Positions 18,798 to 28,109 of a stretch of 64,000 nucleotides of DNA are shown one piece after another. The DNA lies in NCBI GenBank assembly GCA_965203355.1, contig OZ241889.1, positions 64,001-128,000 of the forward strand. Direction: 5' to 3'. The stretch's first letter is position 1; each line of letters begins with the position of its first letter. The DNA is from Candidatus Latescibacterota bacterium. Lineage in GTDB: Bacteria > Latescibacterota > UBA2968 > UBA8231. Made by a program: the position numbers and the translations under genes. The notes below the pieces were generated by a model. It had not been told where the DNA came from, ran no database searches, and saw only the letters and a program-made list of their open reading frames with translations.

Positions 18798-19815
18798 CCT
18801 GTCGCAGGAATCGCAGTTGGTTCGCGCCGAGAATTTTGCGGACATCGGCCTCGGCATAGCCGCGCGCGGCCAGGCCCACCGCAATGTCCGGCAGGCAGGT
18901 CGCGTCGGCTACGAGCAAACCGCCGCCGTCAAAATCCGAGCCCAAGCCGACGTGGTCGATGCCAGCGACCGCGACCGCGTGCTCAACGTGGTCGAGCAAG
19001 CCGTCGAAGGTAGGGTTGTGCGCGTCGATAAAGTCCGGGACAAAGGTGATAGCCACGACCCCGCCCTTTTCGGCGAGGGCGCACAACTGCTCATCCCCGA
19101 GGTTGCGCGGGTGATCGCAGAGGGCGCGGCAGCAACTATGGGTGGCCATAAAGGGCGCTTGGGCCGCTCGGGCCACGTCCCAAAAGCCCGGCTCGTTGAG
19201 ATGGGAGACATCGACGACCACGCCCAACTCGTTCATCTGCGCCAAGAGCTGGCGGCCAAAGCCGGTTAAACCGCTACCCCCGGCGACCTCGCAGCCATCT
19301 CCGGCCCAAGAGCGAGTGCTGTGGGTGAGGGTCATGGCGCGGACGCCCAATCGGTAGAGCAGCGGCAGGATGTGGGGGCTTTTCTCCAGCGCATCGCTGT
19401 TTTCCACGGCCAGTATGGCCGCGAGCCGACCCTCGGCGCGGGCGCGCTCAAGGTCCGCCGCACAACGCGCCACGGCCACGCGCTCGCGGTGCTCTTCCAC
19501 TTCCTGCAAAAAATAACCCAAGGCATCCATGCAGTAGAGCAAGTGATTGCCCCAAGGACGGGTGCAGTCAACGGCAAAAAACGCCGCGTCCAGCCCGCCC
19601 TCGCGCGCCTTGGGCAAATCGAGCTGAACGCCGTCGCTCCGCGACAGGTACTGCCGCAGATAAGCGACCGCTCCAGTGCGCTGGTGAAGATCCGCGTGCT
19701 GAGTGCCGTCTAAAGACATGCCCCGGCGGATCAGCGCGACGATGCTGTCGTTGTGCGCGTCGATGACTAAGGCGTCTTGGTGTAGGGCGCGGGCGGTCTG
19801 TTCGTCCATTGGCAT
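18787..19815 (-). CDS. Membrane dipeptidase (M19) family
   Basis: DAHND, VDVSHL, HPRNL, GLGSDFDG. Confidence 0.9.
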   Translation of the reverse strand: MPMDEQTARALHQDALVIDAHNDSIVALIRRGMSLDGTQHADLHQRTGAVAYLRQYLSRSDGVQLDLPKAREGGLDAAFFAVDCTRPWGNHLLYCMDALGYFLQEVEEHRERVAVARCAADLERARAEGRLAAILAVENSDALEKSPHILPLLYRLGVRAMTLTHSTRSWAGDGCEVAGGSGLTGFGRQLLAQMNELGVVVDVSHLNEPGFWDVARAAQAPFMATHSCCRALCDHPRNLGDEQLCALAEKGGVVAITFVPDFIDAHNPTFDGLLDHVEHAVAVAGIDHVGLGSDFDGGGLLVADATCLPDIAVGLAARGYAEADVRKILGANQLRFLRQVIG

Positions 19816-19913
19816 TATTGCGTCTCCATACTCAAAGGCCCGCAACGCGCCGTTTCCGACCATCAGCACGATTGGGTCCTGACAACATCGTTAAAAGAGA
19901 ATGTACCGCCTGA

Positions 19914-19979
19914 GAGGCGTTTTAAAAACGCTCGTCGACCGCTGTTTTCCGCGGGCGAGTAGGGCCATAAAAACGCTTC
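19914..19979. mobile_element. MITE-like element, family B (66 bp) with TGA direct repeat
   Basis: TGA-GAGGCGTTTTAAAA ... TAAAAACGCTTC-TGA; inverted relative to the 3260 copy. Confidence 0.65.
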
Positions 19980-20054
19980 TGATCGGCTTGCCATGGCGTC
20001 AGGGAGAAAAGTCGCTATCGCCGTGCGTATTCTCTGTGGCAAAACCAGCGGGCG

Positions 20055-21041
20055 CTAAGCCATGTACTCGTCGAAATCAATTACCACGCCTCGCTCTGAC
20101 GAAGCCCCTAAGGCGTTGATAAGGCCGACAGTAGCCAAATTGCGCGGGCCTGAGAAAGGCGGCTCCACGTCGTTGAGCACGTAGTCGCGAAACCCGTCTA
20201 AGAGGATTTCTTCGGGATGGGGATTGTCGTCCATCGGCACGATCTCGTCGGCATCGGCTCCGGGCCGCCGGATCGCCAAGCCGCCAGCGGTCTCTTCGAC
20301 CGTGCCCTGTTCGCAGTCGAGCCGCCAGCCAGCACCGCCTTTGTGCGTGGCAAAGGTGCATTGGAAGTTGAACGTGGTGCCGTTGTGGAACTCGATCCAG
20401 CCGTCGATGGCCGCGCCGCCGCTATACGGACTCCAAGGCGGATTGAAACTGTGGCAGAACAGCCGGCGCGGCTCGGAGTCGAGCAGATGGCGCAACTGAT
20501 CGAAGTCGTGGATGCCGCGCTCCCACAAGTAGGCGTGCTGGTCCGCGCCCGAATGATGCACCCGCGGACGCCAGCCGTATTTGGTCATCAAGCCAAAGGA
20601 AGGCCGGCCTAAGTCGCCGCTTTGCAGCAAGCGGCGGATGGTTAAAACCGGCGGATAGTAGCGGGCGTTTTGGGTGACGGCGACCTTGCAGCCGCGCTCG
20701 CGCGCCTCGGCGACGATTTGCCGCGCTTGGCTGAGATCTTTGGTAAAGGGCTTTTCCACCAGCACGTGCTTGCCCGCGCGGACCGCCGCCAAACACTGAG
20801 CGGCGTGCAAGTCGGGCGGCGTAATCACCACCACGGCGTCCGCATCAACAGCTTGCAAGGCATCGGCGAGCGTAGCAAAACACGCCTCTGCGCCTAGGCC
20901 GGTAGTTCCCCGCGCTGTGGCGAGGTTCTCCTCATTGACATCGACTAAGGCGACGGCCGCAAAGTCAATGCGGTCGCGAAAGCGATTCAGGGGCCAGCGG
21001 CCGCGGCCACCAACCCCTAAGTGGATCGTGCGAATAGTCAT
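20055..21041 (-). CDS. Gfo/Idh/MocA family oxidoreductase
   Basis: GVGGRG Rossmann motif, GKHVLVEKP, GIHDFD. Confidence 0.9.
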   Translation of the reverse strand: MTIRTIHLGVGGRGRWPLNRFRDRIDFAAVALVDVNEENLATARGTTGLGAEACFATLADALQAVDADAVVVITPPDLHAAQCLAAVRAGKHVLVEKPFTKDLSQARQIVAEARERGCKVAVTQNARYYPPVLTIRRLLQSGDLGRPSFGLMTKYGWRPRVHHSGADQHAYLWERGIHDFDQLRHLLDSEPRRLFCHSFNPPWSPYSGGAAIDGWIEFHNGTTFNFQCTFATHKGGAGWRLDCEQGTVEETAGGLAIRRPGADADEIVPMDDNPHPEEILLDGFRDYVLNDVEPPFSGPRNLATVGLINALGASSERGVVIDFDEYMA

Positions 21042-21043
21042 GA

Positions 21044-22525
21044 TCAACTCCAATCAAGGGCTAGCTGGGTCAACAGGCGCACGCCAATGCCGACGCCGCC
21101 TCGCGGTACATAGGGTTTGGCCTTGTCGCACCAAGCCGTGCCGGCAATGTCGAGATGCGCCCAAGGATAGTCGGCAAACTCGGCCAACAGCGCCGCGGCC
21201 GTGCTGGCACCTGCTGGCCGACCGCCCGAGTTTTTCATATCCGCGATGTCGCTGTCGATCTGGTCGCGGTACTCGGGCCACAGCGGCAGACGCCAGAGCC
21301 GCTCGCCCGTCTGCTTTCCGGCCGCGAGCAACCGATCCGCCAAGTCGTCGTCGTTGGCAAACAGGCCCGAAGCGTGGTGCCCCAGCGCCGTTACGCAAGC
21401 ACCGGTAAGGGTGGCCAGATCGACGACCGCGGCCGGCTCGTACCGAGTCGCATAGGCGAGGGCGTCGGCCAAGACGAGGCGTCCTTCGGCGTCCGTGCTG
21501 ACGATCTCGATGGTCTTACCCGCGAGCGTGCGCAGCACATCGTCCGGGCGGAAGGCGGTGCTGGAGGGCATGTTCTCGGCCGCGGCAATCAGGCCGACGA
21601 TCCGCCGCTTGAGCCCGAGCGCGGCCACCGCCTGCATCGCGCCCAAGACAGCCGCCGCACCAGACATGTCGGTCTTCATCGTGCGGATGCCCTCGACGTT
21701 CTTGAGCGAGAGGCCGCCGCTGTCAAAGGTGATGCCTTTGCCGACAAACACCAGCGGCTCCCCTTTGCGAGGGCCATGCTCAAGGACGATAAAACGCGGC
21801 TTGTTGGCACTGCCCTGCCCAACCGCCACTAGGGCACCCATGCCGAGCTCGACCAAGCCCTTGACGCTGAAGACCCGACAGCGCAGATCGTGGGTTTTGG
21901 CCAAGCGGCGGGCCGTGCGCGCTAGGTAAGCCGGTGTAACCTCGCCGCCGGGATGATTGACCAAATCGCGGGCCAAACAGGTGGCCTCGGCGAGCGCACG
22001 GCCCCGGCCAACACCGCGCCGCACTTCCTTGAGCTTGGCCGCGTCAAATTCTACGATGCACAGCTTGGCCAACGACTGCGGGCGGGGCCGCGTGCGGTAC
22101 TCGTCAAAGCGATAGGCCGCCAACAGCGAGGCTTCGGCCACGGCTTGGGCTACCGCCTCGACCGATAGGCCGCCCGCGCCAGCACCGTGCAGGATGGTGG
22201 CCGCGCGCTCGGCGCCCAAACGGCTGATGGTGCCAATGGCCGTGCCCGCGGCGCGGCGCACCGCTTCGAGGTCAAAGCCCTCCGGCTCGCCCAAGCCAAC
22301 GACGAGGACGCGCCGGGCTGGAAACGGCTTCTGCGCGTAGAGCAACAAGGTCTCGCCCGCATCGCCCCGGAAATCCCCCAAGTCAATCGCCGCCGAGATT
22401 TGACCGTCTAAGGCTTGGTCAACCGCACCCGTCGCCCCGGCCGGGCGCGCTCCGGCAAAGAGGTTGACTACGAGGACATCCGATTCCTGTTTTTGAATAG
22501 CTCCCTGTAGTACTTTAATGTTCAT
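21044..22525 (-). CDS. pepA: Leucyl aminopeptidase (M17)
   Basis: VGKGITFDSGG, MKTDMSGAA, STDAEGRL, WAHLDIAG. Confidence 0.95.
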   Translation of the reverse strand: MNIKVLQGAIQKQESDVLVVNLFAGARPAGATGAVDQALDGQISAAIDLGDFRGDAGETLLLYAQKPFPARRVLVVGLGEPEGFDLEAVRRAAGTAIGTISRLGAERAATILHGAGAGGLSVEAVAQAVAEASLLAAYRFDEYRTRPRPQSLAKLCIVEFDAAKLKEVRRGVGRGRALAEATCLARDLVNHPGGEVTPAYLARTARRLAKTHDLRCRVFSVKGLVELGMGALVAVGQGSANKPRFIVLEHGPRKGEPLVFVGKGITFDSGGLSLKNVEGIRTMKTDMSGAAAVLGAMQAVAALGLKRRIVGLIAAAENMPSSTAFRPDDVLRTLAGKTIEIVSTDAEGRLVLADALAYATRYEPAAVVDLATLTGACVTALGHHASGLFANDDDLADRLLAAGKQTGERLWRLPLWPEYRDQIDSDIADMKNSGGRPAGASTAAALLAEFADYPWAHLDIAGTAWCDKAKPYVPRGGVGIGVRLLTQLALDWS

Positions 22526-22608
22526 AATGGCTCAGGGTTAAAGGGTTAATAGTCAGCGGGACTAACTACCGACCTAGCCCTACTACTGTCAAGGATGCTA
22601 CGGATTTG

Positions 22609-23988
22609 ATGGAAAACGCCGCCCTCATAGGCGATCTCGGCACCTTCTTGCGCCCGGATCAACTGCTAACCTCGGACGAAGATTGCAGCGTCTATGCCTT
22701 CGACGGGACCGCCCTGCTACACCAGCGCCCTGCTTGCGTGGCGTTGCCGGAGAGCCGGGAAGAGGTCGCCCAACTTTTGGCTCTGTGCAACCAGCGCGGC
22801 GTACCCGTGGTGCCGCGCGGATCGGGCACGGGATTGGCCGGGGGGTCGGTTCCCCCGCCAGGCGGGGTCGCGCTCTGCTTGGTCCGGCTCAACCAGATAT
22901 TAGAACTAGACGCGGCCAATCTAGTCATGGTCGTCCAGCCGGGCGTCCTCACTCAGCAGATCGCCGACGCGGCCCAAGCCGCTGGCCTATTTTACCCCCC
23001 GGATCCGGGCTCAATTAAGATCTCGACTATCGGCGGCAATGTCGCCAACAATTCCGGGGGGCTGCGCGGGTTAAAATACGGGGTGACGCGCGACTACGTG
23101 ATGGGGCTGGAAGTGGTACTCGCGGACGGGCAGGTCTTGGAGACCGGCAACAAATGCGTCAAAGATGTGGCGGGTTTCGCGCTCAAAGACCTATTCATCG
23201 GCTCCGAGGGGATGCTCGGCGTCATCACCAAAATCGCGCTGAAACTGGTCCCCGCACCGGCCAGCAAAAAAACCTTGCTCGGCCTCTACGACGAGATGAC
23301 GCAGGCGGCGACCACGGTCTCGGCGATTATCGCGCAAAAAATCATTCCCTGCACCCTTGAGTTTCTCGACCGCACTACCATCGAATGCGTGGAGGCCCAC
23401 GCCGGCATTGGCCTGCCGACGGATTGCGAGGCCGTGCTGCTGATGGAAGTCGATGGACACCCCGCGCAGGTCGCCGAACAGGCCGCTCAGATCGAGGCCA
23501 TTGCCCGCGAGGGCGGCGCCCGCTCGGTGCGACTAGCCGCCTCAGACGCCGAGGCCCAGCAACTCGCCGCGGCCCGGCGCACGGCCTTTAGCGCACTGGC
23601 GCGACGAGCACCAACGGTCGTGCTGGAAGACATCACCGTGCCGCGCAGCGCGCTAGCAGCCATGGTCGCCCATGTGCAGGCCGTCGGCCAGCGGCACCAA
23701 GTGCAGGTGGGGACCTTCGGCCACTTTGGCGACGGCAACCTGCACCCCACCTTCCTGTGCGACGAGCGTGACGCCGAGGAAATGGCCCGCGTCGAAAAGG
23801 CCCTAGCCGAGGTTTTTGCCCACGCCGTAGCATTGGGTGGGACCATTACGGGCGAGCACGGCGTCGGCCTAGCCAAAAAACCCTACTTGCCCAAGCAACT
23901 CGGGCCAGTGGGACTAGCCCTTCTCAAGCGGGTCAAAACCGCCTTCGACCCCAACGACATCTTAAACCGCGGGAACATGTTCGATTGA
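22609..23988 (+). CDS. glcD: FAD-linked oxidase, glycolate oxidase subunit GlcD-like
   Basis: RGSGTGLAGG, YPPDPGS, GHFGDGNLH, GEHGVG. Confidence 0.85.
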   Translation: MENAALIGDLGTFLRPDQLLTSDEDCSVYAFDGTALLHQRPACVALPESREEVAQLLALCNQRGVPVVPRGSGTGLAGGSVPPPGGVALCLVRLNQILELDAANLVMVVQPGVLTQQIADAAQAAGLFYPPDPGSIKISTIGGNVANNSGGLRGLKYGVTRDYVMGLEVVLADGQVLETGNKCVKDVAGFALKDLFIGSEGMLGVITKIALKLVPAPASKKTLLGLYDEMTQAATTVSAIIAQKIIPCTLEFLDRTTIECVEAHAGIGLPTDCEAVLLMEVDGHPAQVAEQAAQIEAIAREGGARSVRLAASDAEAQQLAAARRTAFSALARRAPTVVLEDITVPRSALAAMVAHVQAVGQRHQVQVGTFGHFGDGNLHPTFLCDERDAEEMARVEKALAEVFAHAVALGGTITGEHGVGLAKKPYLPKQLGPVGLALLKRVKTAFDPNDILNRGNMFD

Positions 23989-25325
23989 GCAACGACGGCC
24001 TGAACTTACTCCGAGACTTGGATTACTCGGTCCTCCAGCAGTGCATGCACTGCGGCCTCTGCCTGCCGACCTGCCCGACGTACGACGCGACCCTGCAAGA
24101 GCGCTCGTCGCCACGGGGGCGGATCGCCATGATGCGGGCCATCGCCGATGGCAAGCTAGAGGCCAGTACGGCCTTTGCCGAAGAGATGTACTTCTGCCTC
24201 GGTTGCCTCGCCTGCCAGACCGCGTGCCCGGCTGGCGTGGATTACGCCGCGCTCTTTGAAACGGCCCGCGCCGAAGTGGAGCGACAGGGCCTACTCGACC
24301 GCACCGTGCGGAACTTCGTGCGGCGTTGGGTCCTCGGCTGGCTCTTTGCCAAACAGACGCGCCTGCGGGCCGTGGCGCGTTTGCTGCGCGTATTCCAGCG
24401 CAGCGGCCTGCAAACATGGGCGCGCCGCAGCGGCCTGCTCAGACTGATGCCCTTTGGCCTGGGGGACTTAGAGCCGCTGGCCCCACAGATTTCTCGGCGC
24501 TTTACCGACCAACTCTATCGCCAACACTTGCAGCGGGAAAACCCACCCGCACCGCGCTACCGGGTCGCGCTGTTGGCCGGCTGCGTTCAAGACCTATCCT
24601 TTGCCGAGGTAAACGCCGATACAATATGCGTCTTGCAGCACAACGGCTGCCAAGTGCTGCTGCCGGAGGGCCAAGCGTGTTGCGGCTCGCTGCACGCGCA
24701 CAACGGCGCAGTCGAACAGGCGCGGCAACAGGCGCGGCGCAACCTCGACGCCTTTGACGCTGAAAACCTCGACGCCATCGTCGCCAACGCCGGCGGCTGC
24801 GGCTTGCACTGCAAGCACTACGACCGCTTGCTCGCCGACGATCCCATCTATGCCGAGCGAGCCGCTGTGTGGAGCGCAAAGGCAAAAGACGTCCACGAGT
24901 GGCTCGCCGACATCGGCTTGCGCCCGCCCCGCGCCGCCATGCCCCCACAAAAGGTCGCCTACCACGAGTCGTGCCACCTCAAACACGGGCAGCGGGTTTC
25001 CGCCGCCCCGCTCCAAGTGCTCCAAGCCGTGCCGAACTTGCAGCTCGTGCCGCTGGCAGAAGCCGACTGGTGCTGCGGCAGCGCTGGCATCTACAACATC
25101 ACCCAGCCCGAACTATCCATGCAGCTACTCGACCGCAAAATGGCGCACGTGTGTGCGACGGGCGCGACCGCCGTAGCCACGGGCAACACGGGCTGCGCCA
25201 TCCAACTCCAATACGGCGTCCGCCGGGCAAACGCCGCCGTGGCCGTCGTCCATCCCGTGTCGCTTTTAGCCGCAGTCTATCGCGCTGAAAACCAAGGAGG
25301 AACGCCATGCAACACTTTGGCCTAA
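23985..25325 (+). CDS. glcF: Fe-S binding protein, glycolate oxidase subunit GlcF-like
   Basis: CMHCGLCLPTCP, CLGCLACQTACP, two CCG domains. Confidence 0.85.
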   Translation: MSNDGLNLLRDLDYSVLQQCMHCGLCLPTCPTYDATLQERSSPRGRIAMMRAIADGKLEASTAFAEEMYFCLGCLACQTACPAGVDYAALFETARAEVERQGLLDRTVRNFVRRWVLGWLFAKQTRLRAVARLLRVFQRSGLQTWARRSGLLRLMPFGLGDLEPLAPQISRRFTDQLYRQHLQRENPPAPRYRVALLAGCVQDLSFAEVNADTICVLQHNGCQVLLPEGQACCGSLHAHNGAVEQARQQARRNLDAFDAENLDAIVANAGGCGLHCKHYDRLLADDPIYAERAAVWSAKAKDVHEWLADIGLRPPRAAMPPQKVAYHESCHLKHGQRVSAAPLQVLQAVPNLQLVPLAEADWCCGSAGIYNITQPELSMQLLDRKMAHVCATGATAVATGNTGCAIQLQYGVRRANAAVAVVHPVSLLAAVYRAENQGGTPCNTLA

Positions 25326-25651
25326 CCATTGAGCTGAAGGACGATCCCGAACAGATCGCCCAATACAAAGCCTACCACGCCGATCCTTGGCCCGAACCAC
25401 TTCAGGGCCTGGGCGAGGTCGGCATCACCGACATGAAAATTTTTCTCTTGGGCCAGCGGATGTTCATGTACATGACCGCGACCGACGAGTTCGATCCAAC
25501 CCGCGACTTCCCGCGCTACGTCGAGCAAAACCCCAAGGCAAAGGAGTGGGACGAACTGATGCGAACCTTTCAGCAGCAGGTGCCCGAGGCCAAAGCGGGC
25601 GAGTGGTGGGCCAATATGGAACTCGTGTTTGACTTGCAACTACACGTGTGA
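25307..25651 (+). CDS. L-rhamnose mutarotase family protein
   Basis: YKAYHADPWPE, GEWWANMELVF pattern. Confidence 0.8.
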   Translation: MQHFGLTIELKDDPEQIAQYKAYHADPWPEPLQGLGEVGITDMKIFLLGQRMFMYMTATDEFDPTRDFPRYVEQNPKAKEWDELMRTFQQQVPEAKAGEWWANMELVFDLQLHV

Positions 25652-25714
25652 GAGGCGATGCGGTTGTGCGCGTCAAGCAACAGCCAATAGACTATTCGAC
25701 CGGAGGAACTAGCA

Positions 25715-26410
25715 ATGAGAATTGAACCCGAAATCGCCAGCGTTTCGCTCGTCGTGCTTGGCCGTTTTAATCCTGCTATTTTCACCCCCGCGTGGTTCGG
25801 ATGGAATGGGCTTCTTCCCGAAAAGACGGTCAAAATTGCAGGTACGAAAATCGTCCATCCTCAAATCGCGATATTCGAGGCGGATTGGCTCAATCTGCAT
25901 GTCCAACCAGAATCCTTCCAAATCAACACGACTCAGGCTCCTTATGTTCGCCTGCGGGACTTGGCTGCCCGTATTTTCCGAGACCACCTTCCCCATACGC
26001 CACTTAGAGTATTGGGAATTAACCGAGAAGTACACTTTTCCGTGCGGAGCTTTTCCGTGCGAGATCAGCTCGGTAGATTGCTAGCACCGGTCGAACCATG
26101 GGGAGACTGGGGCCGGGAACTGGAACCGGACGGAGAGCATGGTGGAATGGCTTCCCTCACGATGAGACAAGTAAATCCGCAAGGCAGGCCGCTGGGCGGA
26201 CAAATAAACGCGACCGTAGAACCATCCAACCGGATCGGCCAAGGCCGTCTCGGTGTTTACGTTCAGGTCAACGACCACTATACTATTGAAGACGTAGAAA
26301 GCCAGATGGGAACCAGCAGTATCGTCGATCTGCTAGAGGATAACTTCGACGAATCTCTGCGCCGCGCCGACCAAATCATCGATCACATTATGTCTTTAAC
26401 GGAGGAATAA
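25715..26410 (+). CDS. Hypothetical protein (possibly TIGR04255-like)
   Basis: SD GGAGG; VVLGRFNPAIFTP and PHTPLRVLGIN motifs; function not recognised. Confidence 0.7.
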   Translation: MRIEPEIASVSLVVLGRFNPAIFTPAWFGWNGLLPEKTVKIAGTKIVHPQIAIFEADWLNLHVQPESFQINTTQAPYVRLRDLAARIFRDHLPHTPLRVLGINREVHFSVRSFSVRDQLGRLLAPVEPWGDWGRELEPDGEHGGMASLTMRQVNPQGRPLGGQINATVEPSNRIGQGRLGVYVQVNDHYTIEDVESQMGTSSIVDLLEDNFDESLRRADQIIDHIMSLTEE

Positions 26411-26412
26411 GG

Positions 26413-27027
26413 ATGTCGGAAACCGCATTCATCCCGGCGAGCAACAGACTCCAGAATTCATCAGGGATCAACAAAAATCCGAGTGCAGCTAATACTCTTG
26501 CTCGATTGCTTCTTCGGGAAGGGCATGCGGACCGGATCGCGGCTGCACTAAAACAGCATCAAGACGCGAAGCAGTATGACATTGACGTCTTGGAGAGGAC
26601 CATTGAGGGTCGTCCGACATCAAATAGGATCGGTTCCGATGTCGGCGCAGTCATCGCTCTGCCTGACTTAGCGCAAGATTCGCCTACTTTGCCCCAAGTC
26701 AGTTTTCACCAACTCCAAGAGTGGGACGGATATGTCATAGAAATAGGAGAAGACGATTTCACGGTGCGGCTTTTAGATCTGACCGCTGGTTCCTCGCATG
26801 AAGAAGAAGAAGCCGTCATTCCTCTTTCCGAGATTTCAGAAGACGATCGCAAGCGTATGCGTCTTGGTAGTATTTTTCGCTGGGTTATCGGCTATGAGCG
26901 TTCCGCGAGTGGAAGTAAACAGCGCGTCTCCCGTATCGTCTTCCGCGAACTTCCTGTTGTAACCAAACAGGACATAGCCGAAGGAGAGGAATGGGCTAGG
27001 AAGGTCGCTCAGTCATGGGCGGACTAG
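26413..27027 (+). CDS. Hypothetical protein with acidic beta-rich C-terminal domain
   Basis: SD GGAGG; LQEWDGYVIEI..FTVRLLD..GSIFRWVIGY. Confidence 0.7.
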   Translation: MSETAFIPASNRLQNSSGINKNPSAANTLARLLLREGHADRIAAALKQHQDAKQYDIDVLERTIEGRPTSNRIGSDVGAVIALPDLAQDSPTLPQVSFHQLQEWDGYVIEIGEDDFTVRLLDLTAGSSHEEEEAVIPLSEISEDDRKRMRLGSIFRWVIGYERSASGSKQRVSRIVFRELPVVTKQDIAEGEEWARKVAQSWAD

Positions 27028-28097
27028 CGGCCCTTGGAGCACCGCTTGGACACAATGTGATAGAAGTGACGGTTATAGGACCTAGTTACGGAGAGTGCAT
27101 CCTTCTTCATATTGGGAATGGAAGTTGGATAATTGTCGATTCCTGTCTTAACGCGGAATCGCATCCAGCGGCACTGGCTTATCTCCATTACATGGGCTTA
27201 GATCCTTCTGAAGTAGTTCACCTCATAGTTACCACTCATTGGCACGACGATCATATACGTGGTATGGGAAAACTAGTCGAGGTCTGTGGCAAGGCGACGT
27301 TCTGTTGTGCAGGTGTTTTGGGTGCGAATGAGTTCCGCGCAGCGGTGGGGGCTATGGCGAGCCATCCTATGTCCAAGACTAGTTCTGGAATGCAGGAACT
27401 CTACGAGGTCTTCTCACTGCTCGCGACAAGAGCCTCCAAGCCTATATTCGCTATTGCCAACCGTCGCATTTTCAACCGAGACGGTTGCGAGGTATGGTCT
27501 CTTTCACCTTTCGACAAGGAATTTGGCCTGTTTCTCCAAGAAATAGGTCGTCTCCGGCCACAGGAACGCGAAACAAAAAGGCGCATTCAGACCTTGACGC
27601 CAAACAAAATTGCAGTCGTTTTGTTGATAAAGATTGAAGATGCAGTAATCCTTCTTGGCTCTGATCTTGAAAGGCCTGGTTGGCTAGAGATACTCGCGGA
27701 TCACGAATCGCCGAAGTGCAAAGCCTCCGTTTTCAAAGTTCCACATCACGGTTCCCAAAGTGCCCACGAAGATAGAGTATGGAGTGAGATGCTGCATATT
27801 GAACCAATAGCGGTGCTCACTCCGTGGAGCAAAGGCGGACGGAGCTTGCCGACGCGGAGCGACGTAAGCCGTATTCTCTCATTTACTCGAAAGGCTTATG
27901 CTACGACATCATCCGGTCCTCTTAGCCGCAAACCAGTACGCAGAAGAAATAGAACGGTAGAAAAGACGATCCGGGAAGCTAGCAAAAGTATCAGCCACGT
28001 AGCCCCGCCTCCAGGAATAATCCGTTTGCGCCGGGAATTTGGGGCACAGGATTGGGGTATTGAGATGTTTGAGCCAGCCTGTCGATTGAGCGGATGA
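27015..28097 (+). CDS. MBL-fold metallo-hydrolase (ComEC-like nuclease domain)
   Basis: THWHDDH, GSDLE, KVPHHGS motifs. Confidence 0.85.
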   Translation: MGGLAALGAPLGHNVIEVTVIGPSYGECILLHIGNGSWIIVDSCLNAESHPAALAYLHYMGLDPSEVVHLIVTTHWHDDHIRGMGKLVEVCGKATFCCAGVLGANEFRAAVGAMASHPMSKTSSGMQELYEVFSLLATRASKPIFAIANRRIFNRDGCEVWSLSPFDKEFGLFLQEIGRLRPQERETKRRIQTLTPNKIAVVLLIKIEDAVILLGSDLERPGWLEILADHESPKCKASVFKVPHHGSQSAHEDRVWSEMLHIEPIAVLTPWSKGGRSLPTRSDVSRILSFTRKAYATTSSGPLSRKPVRRRNRTVEKTIREASKSISHVAPPPGIIRLRREFGAQDWGIEMFEPACRLSG

Positions 28098-28109
28098 AAG
28101 GTGATACGT

